64,000 nucleotides of DNA from an uncultured Candidatus Saccharibacteria bacterium. GTDB taxonomy: Bacteria; Patescibacteriota; Minisyncoccia; Sungbacterales; HO2-52-23. Below the pieces are notes generated by a model. The model was not told the origin of the DNA. It searched no databases and saw nothing but the letters and a program-made list of their open reading frames with translations. Within the stretch, counting starts at the first letter, position 1. Each line of letters starts with the position of its first letter. The position numbers and the translations under genes were made by a program. Positions 11,373 through 21,600 of this stretch are shown in pieces. The stretch spans positions 8,531 to 72,530 of the forward strand of contig CAZPDF010000006.1 in NCBI GenBank assembly GCA_964585475.1, in the 5' to 3' direction.

Positions 11373-11867
11373 ATGAGTTTAAAACTCTTTAAAGGGCCTG
11401 GTGGTTCCCGGTATTCCGTTAGAGTCAAAGCTTCTAACGGGGTGTGCCCGGTAGTAGACTTTGACTACTTTCGGCGTTTGGCGTTTTGCATAGCAAAGCG
11501 CCAGTCAAAGTGTTACTACCGGGTGTGGAAAACGGGTTTGCGGCATACCCTTATTTTTGCTAATCTGTTTATAGTGCAAGGGGTCTTCGCCCAAGGCACC
11601 ACTATCCCGAACCCCATTCAAGCCAATAATTTCCCCACTCTGATCCTTACGATTGTTAATGGTATAATGCTTATCGGGATACCTCTCGCCATAATTGCCA
11701 TAATATTTGCGGGGTTCAAGTTTATCGCTTCCGCAACCTCGGGGAACGAAGCCGGCCTGAAAGAGGCAAGAAAAATGTTTCTCTGGATCTTGATCGGGGT
11801 GGCGATTCTGGTCGGCGCAAGAGTGATTGCCCAAGCGGTGGTAAATTTCGCGCAAGGCCTGTCGTAA
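11373..11867 (+). CDS. CPR-type pilin (TrbC/VirB2-like); 5' part overlaps palindromic repeats, true start uncertain
   Basis: AGFKFI..SGNEAGLKEARKMFLWILIG. Confidence 0.75.
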   Translation: MSLKLFKGPGGSRYSVRVKASNGVCPVVDFDYFRRLAFCIAKRQSKCYYRVWKTGLRHTLIFANLFIVQGVFAQGTTIPNPIQANNFPTLILTIVNGIMLIGIPLAIIAIIFAGFKFIASATSGNEAGLKEARKMFLWILIGVAILVGARVIAQAVVNFAQGLS

Positions 11868-12116
11868 TTAGTTTTATAATGAAATTGCAGAAGAATATCC
11901 CAAAATGCCATGCTGAGTCCTTCGACTGTCATTCTGAACGAAGTGAAGAATCTCAGGATAAACTCCGCGAAGAATCTATCCGTTCTGTTCCAAGAGATCC
12001 TTCACTGCGTTCAGGACGACTAAAGATGGGTTCTTCTACTGTCTCATGAGATCAATCGTTTAGCCATTGCTTAAAGGTCGATAAAATCTAGTAACTAGTT
12101 AACAGTAATAGAATCT

Positions 12117-12470
12117 ATGTCAAAATTTCTTATTCGATATCCAACGCTAGTTATCGGCTACGCGCTCTTGCCGCTGGTGGCAAGCGCCCAAACCGTTCAG
12201 ACAATTCTCACCAACCTCCGGACAACTCTTACCACCATTATCGGCATCCTTTTCGTGATTGCTACGGTGGTGTTTCTCTGGGGAGTGGTGCAGTTCATTG
12301 CTAATTCCGGGGATGAGGCAGCGCGGAACAAGGCCAAAGGCATTATGACCTGGGGCATTATCGGGCTCGCGGTTATGGCCGCTGCCTGGGGCATTACAGT
12401 AATTCTCATCACCTATTTCGGTGTAGGTGCTCAACCTCCGGCGTTTGCTCCGCCACCGCTTGTTAACTAA
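12117..12470 (+). CDS. CPR-type pilin (TrbC/VirB2-like)
   Basis: FLWGVVQFI..SGDEAARNKAKGIMTWGIIG. Confidence 0.82.
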   Translation: MSKFLIRYPTLVIGYALLPLVASAQTVQTILTNLRTTLTTIIGILFVIATVVFLWGVVQFIANSGDEAARNKAKGIMTWGIIGLAVMAAAWGITVILITYFGVGAQPPAFAPPPLVN

Positions 12471-12575
12471 TACGCAATTCGCAAAAACCCCAGGCCCAAA
12501 TCATCCTGGGGCTTGCGTTTATCCTGCGCCTTTTTTAAAACTCCGCGGAAAGGTGCAGGATTTCTATAACGCACT

Positions 12576-12836
12576 ATGCAAAACCCCACCATTAGCAGCA
12601 TTATTGCTCGCCTACAAACCGAGGTTCTGAACCCTCTTATAAACGTGCTTTTTGTGCTGGCCACTGTAATATTTTTATGGGGAGTGATAAATTACGTCAT
12701 TGGAAGCAGAGGAGATGAAAGGCGATTGGATGCCGGAAAAAGAGTAATGGTCTGGGGGATCATCGGGATGACGATTATGGCTTCTGCCTGGGGGATCGTG
12801 CGGATAATTTGCGTATTTTTTGGAACTTGTTCTTAA
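12576..12836 (+). CDS. CPR-type pilin (TrbC/VirB2-like)
   Basis: FLWGVINYV..GDERRLDAGKRVMVWGIIG. Confidence 0.82.
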   Translation: MQNPTISSIIARLQTEVLNPLINVLFVLATVIFLWGVINYVIGSRGDERRLDAGKRVMVWGIIGMTIMASAWGIVRIICVFFGTCS

Positions 12837-12930
12837 ATCGAGCTTCAAATTAAATCAAACCCGCCTTTCGACTATGCTCAGGGCGGGTTTGATTTTAGCC
12901 AGTTTTTCCTGTATCATCTTCTTACGTTCT

Positions 12931-13206
12931 GCCTTCGTGGTGAAATGGCAGATTCACCCTCCCACCTATGTCGCGGTGGCGGAACTGGAATACGCGCAGG
13001 ACTTAGAATCCTGTCCCGTAAGGGTTGTGGGTTCGACTCCCACCCGCGACATTGGTGGGAGGGCAAGCTGGGTTTAGAGCCCAGCGATCGCAAGATCATG
13101 AGAGTTCAAATCTCTCCCTCGGCATATGAGGTTCCCGCTCATTCAATTCAATTTGAATGAGCGAGGCTCGCCCATCGAAGATGGGCGGCAAATCCTCTCG
13201 GGAGCA
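12931..13206 (+). pseudogene. Interrupted tRNA-Leu shells around the intact tRNA-Leu
   Basis: 5' half GCCTTCG-TGGTGAAATGGCAGA at 12931; 3' half with TAG anticodon at about 13064-13124; further T-arm/acceptor at 13127-13206 split by a hairpin insert. Confidence 0.7.
12970..13051 (+). tRNA. tRNA-Leu(TAG), intact, nested within interrupted tRNA-Leu copies
   Basis: GTCGCGG/CCGCGAC acceptor; CAGGA-CTTAGAA-TCCTG anticodon arm; GTTCGACTCC T-loop. Confidence 0.95.
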
Positions 13207-13271
13207 TGGTATAATCCGCTAGTATAGTTCAATATGATTGAAGCCATGAAATAATTCTTATTTATGTTTAT

Positions 13272-13347
13272 GCCGAGATAGCTCAGTTGGCAGAGCACGT
13301 CATTGGTAATGACGAGGTCCCGGGTTCGATCCCCGGTCTCGGCTCCA
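13272..13347 (+). tRNA. tRNA-Thr(GGT)
   Basis: GCCGAGA/TCTCGGC acceptor; CGTCA-TTGGTAA-TGACG; encoded CCA. Confidence 0.96.
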
Positions 13348-13420
13348 GGCATATGGCAGGCGGGGATTCTCCCCGCTGGCTATAAAACTTTGCTTCAATC
13401 ATTTTGCATTTTTAAGTTTA

Positions 13421-13581
13421 AAGGGCTTTGTCCAAAATTTGGAGATATAGTCGAACAAATTTTGGTAACAAAACCTTTACCCCGCCCCTACTCTACTTCG
13501 GAGTTGAATTATTTAAGACAAGGGTCAAGCTAAATTATCCTTGCAGTAATAGTAGGATTCAGTAGTAGAGTAGGGGCGGGG
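13421..13581. repeat. Composite element: AGGGCTTTGTCCAAAA hairpin followed by CCCCGCCC-TACTCTACT inverted repeat
   Basis: Same composite at 29273-29431 and 17713-17922; half copy at about 46037-46053. Confidence 0.75.
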
Positions 13582-13651
13582 TGCTCAATGTTGTGGCTAA
13601 ATTTATTGCGCCTCGCATTGAGCTCGGCTTACAAATTTAGACAACATTGGC

Positions 13652-13810
13652 ATGCCACAACCAAATCTAATAAAACTTCAGTGTACGATCTGCAAGCGTA
13701 TCAACTACTGGACTTCCAAGAATAAAAAGACAGTGGAGAAGAAGTTGGAATTGAAAAAATACTGCAAATGGTGCAGGAAACATACAGTACACAAAGAAAC
13801 TAAAAAATAG
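13652..13810 (+). CDS. rpmG: 50S ribosomal protein L33 (zinc-ribbon form); missing from the ORF track
   Basis: Manual translation [52 protein letters not shown]; followed by tRNA-Trp as is typical. Confidence 0.95.
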   Translation: MPQPNLIKLQCTICKRINYWTSKNKKTVEKKLELKKYCKWCRKHTVHKETKK

Positions 13811-13884
13811 GTTCTTTATGGAAATCCTAAACAAATTCCAATAATAAAAACCGGGCTTTTTTAAAATTTGGGATTTTGTTGTAT

Positions 13885-13956
13885 GGGGGTATAAGCTTAA
13901 TGGCAAACTGCGGGTCTCCAAAACCCGACTTCTTGGTTCGAATCCAAGTACCCCCG
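13885..13956 (+). tRNA. tRNA-Trp(CCA)
   Basis: GGGGGTA/TACCCCC acceptor; CGGGT-CTCCAAA-ACCCG. Confidence 0.95.
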
Positions 13957-13959
13957 CCT

Positions 13960-14517
13960 ATGGATTTTGTTTCTCTTACCGTAATTATCGGCCTCACGGT
14001 GCTGGTTCTTTTTGCGGTTTTATTTTCCGCGTTTGAGATATACGCCGTCGTCATAGGCCACCTTAAAGGCGCGCCATACGTGCGTTCCCCCAAAAAATAT
14101 GTAAAAACTATGATCGAACTTGCGGAAATAAAACCGGGGGAACTAATAATAGACCTTGGCTCGGGGGATGGAACAATCGTGATCGAGGCCGCGCGCAAAG
14201 GCGCGCGGGCAGTCGGAATAGAAATCAATCCTTTCCTCGTTCTCTGGTCGCGATACCGCATAAAGAAGTTGGGGCTCAAGGAACAAGCCCAAATCGTAAA
14301 AGGAAATTTTTTTAAATATTCCCTCGTAGACGCCGATGTTATACTTTTCTACCTTTTGCCGAAAATAATGAATAGGTTGAAAGAAAAATTTTCTCGGGAA
14401 CTCAAACCCGGCACACGCATTATCTCCTATGCCTTTCCCATTCCCGGCTGGACCCCACGATCCCAAAAAAACGGCGTATTTATGTATCACTATAGGGGCG
14501 AAACCTCTATAGTGTAA
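13960..14517 (+). CDS. Membrane-anchored SAM-dependent (protein lysine-type) methyltransferase
   Basis: TM then GAPYV, DLGSGDG, GIEINP, ELKPGTRIISYAF; start moved downstream of tRNA-Trp. Confidence 0.85.
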   Translation: MDFVSLTVIIGLTVLVLFAVLFSAFEIYAVVIGHLKGAPYVRSPKKYVKTMIELAEIKPGELIIDLGSGDGTIVIEAARKGARAVGIEINPFLVLWSRYRIKKLGLKEQAQIVKGNFFKYSLVDADVILFYLLPKIMNRLKEKFSRELKPGTRIISYAFPIPGWTPRSQKNGVFMYHYRGETSIV

Positions 14518-14669
14518 ATCGCCACCCTATATATATCTTCGTCCAATTTCACATATAAAAACGATCGTCCGTATATGTGAAATTGGGCGATTGCAAGATT
14601 TTTTTAATAAGTTACTATAATTAGGGTTTGTTCGTTTACAATGCGAAATCTAGAAAGGGGTGATGCGCC

Positions 14670-16112
14670 GTGGAACCAAGAACCGGCTGCGACATTGCAA
14701 TCATCGGCTCGGGCCCGGCAGGAACGTTCGCGGCGATCGAGCTTGCGAGAATTCGTCCTAAATATTCCATCGTGATGTTTGAGAAGGGACCCCTTCGAAG
14801 CTACGGCGACCGGGACAATAAAACCTGTGGATGGGGAGGATCCGGCGCGTATTCGGACGGAAAACTTGACCTGACTCATCTTATCGGCGGAACGCTGGTT
14901 GAGAAGGGCTATGTTTCCGTGGCCGAGTTCACGGATCTCATGCGCTATGTTGAAGCAACCTATGTCAGCTACTGCAAGGACGCCGAAACCGTTCTTGAAA
15001 TAGACGAAAATCCGGAGGTGGAGCGGATGAGAAAACTTTGTGAAAACCACGACATGCAGCTTATTCCTTTTCCCGTAAGGCATCTTGGCACCGATCGCTC
15101 ATTCGCAATCGTAATGGGAATGTATCAGGATCTTACGAGAGCGGGTGTCAGCATCCGGACCCAGACCGAGGTTACCTCCATTAACCCCTGTGCTGACGGC
15201 TTCCGGCTGAACTGGGAGCAGTGGGAGGAAAATACTGTTGAGGGAAGAACTGAAAAAAACATAATTGCTCATGGTGAAATCCTTGCGAGCAAAGTCGTGG
15301 TCTGTCCGGGACGAGAAGGAGATCGCTGGTTCTCGGAAGAGGCACGGCGCCTCGGCCTGCAAATTTCGAGAAACAGGGTTGACATAGGAGTTAGGGTTGA
15401 GGTTCCGGCGCATGTAACTAAAAAGTTAACCGACATATTGCACGAGCCCAAAATCGTTTTCCATACGCCTTCGTTCAAAGACAGGGTACGCACTTTCTGC
15501 GTATGCCCGAACGGATTCGTGGTGAGAGAGCGATACCGCAACCTCGGGGTGGTGACCGTAAACGGAGAATCAAACAGCAAACGAGGACTCCAGACCTCAA
15601 GCACAAATTTCGCGCTTCTGGTCTCACAAGCATTCACTACTCCTTTTGATGATCCGGTGGGCTATGCCGTTTCCGTGGCTAAGGATACGAATCGCCTGGC
15701 CGGCGAAAATGGAATATTGGTGCAGAGACTGGGAGATATCGGCAAACACCGCTCCACGGAAAAGCGAATGCGCGAAAGCATAGAATACGGATTTATCGAA
15801 CAAACGCTGCTTGACGCAACTCCGGGCGATCTTACCCTTGCGGTCCCGCATCGCCACTTTGACGGCATACTCCAGATGTTGAAGGCCCTTGAATGGATGG
15901 CCCCCGGCATTGCCAGCCCCCACACCCTTCTTTATGGCGCCGAAGTTAAATTCTATTCTCTGCAAGTGAAAGCCGGAGAAGGGTTTGAAACCGACCTCAA
16001 AGGACTCTATGTTGCCGGAGACGGATCCGGCTACACGAGAGGTTTGATGCAGTCATCCATCCAAGGCGTTATCGTTGCGCGAAACATTGCGAAAAAATTA
16101 TTCCAAGAATAA
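14670..16112 (+). CDS. FAD-dependent oxidoreductase (COG2509-like)
   Basis: GSGPAG dinucleotide fold; GWGGSGAYSDGKL; VRTFCVCPNG; YVAGDGSGYTRG. Confidence 0.9.
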   Translation: MEPRTGCDIAIIGSGPAGTFAAIELARIRPKYSIVMFEKGPLRSYGDRDNKTCGWGGSGAYSDGKLDLTHLIGGTLVEKGYVSVAEFTDLMRYVEATYVSYCKDAETVLEIDENPEVERMRKLCENHDMQLIPFPVRHLGTDRSFAIVMGMYQDLTRAGVSIRTQTEVTSINPCADGFRLNWEQWEENTVEGRTEKNIIAHGEILASKVVVCPGREGDRWFSEEARRLGLQISRNRVDIGVRVEVPAHVTKKLTDILHEPKIVFHTPSFKDRVRTFCVCPNGFVVRERYRNLGVVTVNGESNSKRGLQTSSTNFALLVSQAFTTPFDDPVGYAVSVAKDTNRLAGENGILVQRLGDIGKHRSTEKRMRESIEYGFIEQTLLDATPGDLTLAVPHRHFDGILQMLKALEWMAPGIASPHTLLYGAEVKFYSLQVKAGEGFETDLKGLYVAGDGSGYTRGLMQSSIQGVIVARNIAKKLFQE

Positions 16113-16418
16113 TCATACCCGGCAGTAGTCTTCGACTACTGCCGTTTTTTGTCGAGCACTCAACGTATTGAGTGCTCGACAGTCAAAGAGTTACTACCTG
16201 GCATACCGCGACTTAAAGTCGCGGTTTTTTTAATCAATATTAAGCTAAAATCATACATACCAACGACCGTTTTTATATGTGATTTTGATTAAATACTACA
16301 TAAAATAACTAAAAACCGGTCGCGGGGACCGGTAAAATTATTTCTTTTTGTCGGGGTAGAAATTAGAACAAACCAATTTCTACAAAAAATCCACACGGGA
16401 AGCCGTGCGGTCTTTTAA

Positions 16419-17633
16419 TTATACTTTTTGAACCTCAATTTTTTCCGCCTTCACGAATGTATCGGCAAGAGCGCCGACCTTAAGCTCGATCAACATCGCA
16501 AACCAAGCACCAATGAATGCTCCTATGGCCGTACCAACCGCATAGGGGACAAAGAGCCGGAGATCGCCTTTAGCCATGGTGGCAACCATGTGAAGCACAA
16601 AGAACCACGAGCCATTCGAGCACATTGAAGCCAGAAGGTGATAAAGAGCGTTGTCTCTTTGTCGAGCTCGGGAGATCAGGGAAAAACTGATTTGCATGAA
16701 AACCGTGCCAAGTACAAACCAAATTGTTGAGGCCAAACTCTTCGGAGGGAACACCAAGACAGATAGACCGACAACGCCCAGAAGCGCCCAGACAGGACGA
16801 AAATCAGGTTTCTTCACCTCTCCTTTTTTCACATGAGCATCGGCAGAAGAAACGGTCCCGGTTTTCTTGTCAACCCATTTAGTAAAGCGAGATGCGGTTA
16901 AACTTCCGGCAATACTTCCCACCGTACCACCAGTTGCATACGGAACAAAAATTCCCCATCGCATATCAAACTTAATGAAGAGAGTCCATCGGAAGAAGTC
17001 AACTACGCCCGTAATGAGTCCTATTCCTAATGTCAGATAATAGTTATTTCGATTCTGGATCCAGGTCCGCATCGAATAAGCCATATCGGGAAGAAAAACA
17101 AAAGCCGTAATTTGAAGGAGCGAGAGCAGGCTTTCGCTTCCAAAAAAGAGAAATTGAAAAGTCCATCCAGCTGCCACCAGTATAGGAAGATATTTAAGCG
17201 CCACCCTTCGATTCATTGCCTCATTCTTCGCAGCAACTTCCTTTGAGACCTGCTCAATGCGAGCACCTGTCAGGCGCTCAATCCACGTTGAAACATAGCT
17301 TCCTGTAAGACTTCCCGACATGGTGCCGGCCGTATACGCAAGGAGAAGCTTCAGCGAAAAGTCCGAGCCCGGACCAAGGATGGTCCGAAATGTCAGGAAT
17401 GAAACCAACGCCGAGAAAACTACCGCGCAAAGATGGTACAGGATGTTATCTCGAGTCCGTGAGCGAGCGGCAAGGGTAAAGCAAATATTCTGTCCGTAAG
17501 AAATTCCGAGAACCAAGAGTGTCGTCTGCCAAATTTCAGGAGCAAAGATCAGCTGTCCACATACCAATGCAAGTAAAACACCAATCGGCCAAAGATCCCG
17601 CATACGGAACTTCTTTTCCGTCTTCTCAGCCAT
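16419..17633 (-). CDS. Multi-pass membrane protein built from three internal repeats
   Basis: Three copies of R.R.R(D/N)N..Y ... (A/G)GT..G(S/A)..G. Confidence 0.75.
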   Translation of the reverse strand: MAEKTEKKFRMRDLWPIGVLLALVCGQLIFAPEIWQTTLLVLGISYGQNICFTLAARSRTRDNILYHLCAVVFSALVSFLTFRTILGPGSDFSLKLLLAYTAGTMSGSLTGSYVSTWIERLTGARIEQVSKEVAAKNEAMNRRVALKYLPILVAAGWTFQFLFFGSESLLSLLQITAFVFLPDMAYSMRTWIQNRNNYYLTLGIGLITGVVDFFRWTLFIKFDMRWGIFVPYATGGTVGSIAGSLTASRFTKWVDKKTGTVSSADAHVKKGEVKKPDFRPVWALLGVVGLSVLVFPPKSLASTIWFVLGTVFMQISFSLISRARQRDNALYHLLASMCSNGSWFFVLHMVATMAKGDLRLFVPYAVGTAIGAFIGAWFAMLIELKVGALADTFVKAEKIEVQKV

Positions 17634-17958
17634 GCCAAAACCTCGTTTTCAATGATCAAACCTCCGTTACTCTAGCAAATTACTTTTATATTGCAACTCA
17701 AAAGTTATCCCCAGGGCTTTGTCCAAAAATTCGAGCCTGTGGGTGAAGAATTTTTGGGAACAAAACCTAGGCCCCGCACAATTTTTGCCTTAGTGAATCA
17801 GTAGTGAACAGGTTTTACTTCATCGAAACGGTGCCCTCGCAGCGTGCGGTGGCCGAATAGGCCTACCCATATTGAGCGAAGCGCGCTGCCGTCGCTTTAC
17901 TTCGCAAAAATTGTGCGTGGGCACAAATAAAAAACCGCCGATGGGCGGACTGAAGATG

Positions 17959-18498
17959 TTAATACGGCATCTTGTTGCGCGTTCCTGTCTCGAAAATACT
18001 GAGCGTTCCCCCTTGGAGCCGCATCGATTCCGGATCAGTAGAGAGGATGGTCCCGTCGGGCTTTACTTCCCAAATCGGACAGCCCTGTTTAAAGATAAAT
18101 AACGCCTCGCCGTATACACCCGCACCCCATTTACCGTCTCGATACGGGAGAAAAATCCCTCCGTGCAGTTTAGGAAGCACCACCTTGAAGTAATAGTTCA
18201 TCCCGTTGCCGGTCTCTTTCTTCCAGCGCCGGTATCCCTCCTGATGGTGGAGCTGGTTGGGATTTTCTACATGCCATCCGGGAAAATGCTTTTTTATTTT
18301 CTCCACGAGCTCCGCCTCAACTCCCGAATTATAAGCGGCTACGGGATGCCCAAAATAAAGAACTGGTGTATCAATATACTGACACGGACTTGCCTGGGTA
18401 CGATTCCATTCGCTAACGCCGGCACATCCCCCCAGCAGTAAAAAGACCAGAATCGTAGTAAGCCACGGTTTTATTTTCAAAATCGTCTGGAATGCCAT
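17959..18498 (-). CDS. Hypothetical protein, nucleoside 2-deoxyribosyltransferase-like fold; possible lipoprotein signal
   Basis: LLGGC lipobox-like; LYFGHP ... GAGVYGEA motif. Confidence 0.5.
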   Translation of the reverse strand: MAFQTILKIKPWLTTILVFLLLGGCAGVSEWNRTQASPCQYIDTPVLYFGHPVAAYNSGVEAELVEKIKKHFPGWHVENPNQLHHQEGYRRWKKETGNGMNYYFKVVLPKLHGGIFLPYRDGKWGAGVYGEALFIFKQGCPIWEVKPDGTILSTDPESMRLQGGTLSIFETGTRNKMPY

Positions 18499-18655
18499 TT
18501 CATGCTCCCATCAACGAACCTCACCAATATTATCACGCAGTTAAAAAAACGCAATACTATACAACAAATTTATCGTTTGTGAAGTTTACGGAAAGTTTTC
18601 CACAGGCATAATGAAGGCAAGAGTTCTCTGACAACTTAACGGAGGTACTAGTTTT

Positions 18656-21600
18656 ATGTACTCGGGCAAATGGAATCCGGAAACGCGAGAAGGCAAGAAA
18701 CGACTCGAGCATCTCCTCGTCATCGTTAAACGATTGACCTATAGAGAGGATCTTAAAGCCGAACTCAAGAAAGAATCAATGTTCGCGGGATTTAGTACGA
18801 ATGTCGTGTTGAACAAACTCAATCGGGAGCAAATGACAAATCCCACCAGCGCATTGAGCAGGGCCTGGGCGGCAATTCCATTGAAGCCGCACGTTGCGAT
18901 CCGGCTTTTCCCCGATGAGAAACGGCGCGAGGCGCTGAAGCAGGCGCTCACCGATCCAGCCAAAACACTTGATGACATTGAGCGTGACTTCCCTGAATAT
19001 AAACTCCTGCTCAAAAACCAGCGTGATTCGATCAACCGATTTTTTGGTATCACTCGGCCCCATTCCGGGTGGACATCCCGGCTCGGCAAAAAGACGCCGA
19101 CGCCGGTATCCGCGAAGGAAGAGCCGACCCACTCTAAAAACTGGTGGATCCGCTTGACTGAAGAGCAAAAACAGGAGTTTTTGGCTGACTACCGGAAAGA
19201 CTATCGCCTTACCGGCAATACCAATGATGACTACTGCGAGAAGTGGACGCGGATCACCGGAGAGCAGGTAAGCGCGGAAAGTCTGAGCAAAGCCGCGCGA
19301 TACTTTGGCGAGACGAGAAACCGCGTGCAGATCGTAGCAGAATATAAGACCATCGCGCAGGTTCTGAAAGCAATGGACGATAGAATCACACAACTTATCC
19401 TAGCAGGCACTCTTGCCGAAGCGGGGCTCGATGTTCTTTTCGAGACAATAAAACAAGAGTTTAGAGAAGATCTCGAAAAGGTTCAGTTCAATCTCACCCA
19501 AGAATATTTCACCAAGAGGACAGACAAACTTGTTTGGACCGAAGGAAAGGCCGGTGCTCTAACCGAGCTTAACGATTTCATCGACAAGGGATTCACGGCG
19601 GAGAAATTCCACGAATACCACCGGCATATTCCGCTTGAGATGATAAAAGCGAAAATTCTCCAACTTACGGGCACGACCAACATTGAAAACCCGCCGCCTT
19701 TCGTGGCGACAGCTTTTGCCCGAGGAATTGGCCGCCTTATCGGCGACATACCAGAGGCCGAAACCGAACCATTCCAACGGGCCATGAAAGAATTCAAGAT
19801 TCCGGAAATTAGCTTTGACCAGCCGCTGGATATTCCTTTCCGAGACATCAAAAACTTCCGAACGGGTGTAATCAACGGCCCGAACCTAGGAATTCTTCAC
19901 GCGCCCCGTATCGAAAATAACACTTTCCGCCAGGCATTGGCCTTTGCGAAGCTAAGAGGATGGGAGCACCTTTTCCTTCATGGCATATTTGATCTTGATA
20001 TGACTAAGGCCGAAGGTCCGGTAAAAGGTATTCGGGCCCTGTATTCGGGCAGAAACACAAACATTGACGTGCTCGATCCCGGTTATCAGGAAGAGGCGCG
20101 CCGCATAATCCGAGCTATCGAAGCCAATGAGTTTACAAATGAAATCCTGTACGAGACGGCCAAAGAGGCGCTAATGAACCTCTTGCGAGGCCTCTGGAAA
20201 GTAATGCTGCATAACAAGAAGCCGGTGTTTCCGGGCAGAATATCCGTAATCCTTGGCCCGAAAGAGTTTGATGCCATCACTGCCGCGGCCCATGCGGAAA
20301 TCCTTTACGCGACGCTTTGCAAGCAGGAAGAACTTAAGCTTGAGAGGGGCGCTGCCGCGAACGCGGTTCGACGCCATCAAAAACAGCTTTCGAAACTTGA
20401 GGGTCGCATCTGGGATTATGAGTTCGAGCTCTCGCAGGGACCAAACCCTCAAGACGAGGAAGCGCTGCGAGCCAAGATTGAGGCGGTCCGGCAGAAGATA
20501 GACGAGACCAAACAAAAAATAGCGAGCCACAAACAAAAGGTTCGCGAACTCAAAAAAATGGAAGCCCGCACGCGGATGACCAACGTCCGCCCCGAGGAGT
20601 GGCAGCGCTTCCACAAGATCGCCTTAACGCTCGTCTCCATCCTCATTGAACGCGCGATCCCGAATTCAAAGGTGATTTCTCTCGGATCTACTTATATCAA
20701 GGTAGGTCCGGAACCCAAAGACAAGATAAAGTTTGTCATTCCCGGCAACCTCAAGATAACCGATGCTAGTGTTTCAAACTACGCCAATACCTATTCTACC
20801 GAGGCGCTATCGATGAAAATGGCAGAAACCATCATCATATGCCCTCCGTATTCGGTCGGATACGCCATGACCGCACGCGAAGTCGATTCAAAAGGAACAC
20901 GCGGGTATGCGTCGCGTATCTACAATGCGCTGACCTGTATCGACGGACCGTTCATACGCGAAAAAACCAAAAATGTCATCCGGGAAAGTCATCCCATCGG
21001 ACAATTGGCGAATCATCCCATGTTCCAAGGCGGTATTCTTGAGATCAACTGCGTGGACGGCATGGTAACTGCAAATCCGGTGACCACCGAGACGCTAGCA
21101 AGTTGCGAGCGGAGAGCTAAGGGACTAATCCATGGCAAAAATGCGCTGGCAGACAAATACATCTGGGTAATGATCGCGACCGACCAGCACTACGGCGGAC
21201 GGGCAAAAGAATTTTTGGAAGATCGGGAGACGGGAAAAAGCTTGGGAATGGCTGAAGCCGTGTTCCACCTCATGCGAAAAGCCGGCTACGGCGACGGCGA
21301 CAAGCTCCCGCCGTTCCACATTTTTACGGTAAACGATGACCCCACGCAAGGCCACCACTTCCCGGCAGAAAAAGAGCCGCATCGGCATGAAATGCAGTAT
21401 CACAGATATGAGAAAGAGCTGAATAAACTGCGTGCGCAGTATAGGACCGAAAAGAACCCGCGTATCAAAGAGGCCTTAATGGAAAAAATCGCCGCGTTCT
21501 CCAAGCGCCAGGTGCGCGTCAGAGGAACCGATTCCTACACGCGCCAGATGCAGGATTTCATCCATAGACACATCAAGGGCAACATTGATATGTTCAGCGG

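Noticed and set aside
12820-13533. Several short ORFs
   Set aside because: They overlap tRNA genes and repeats
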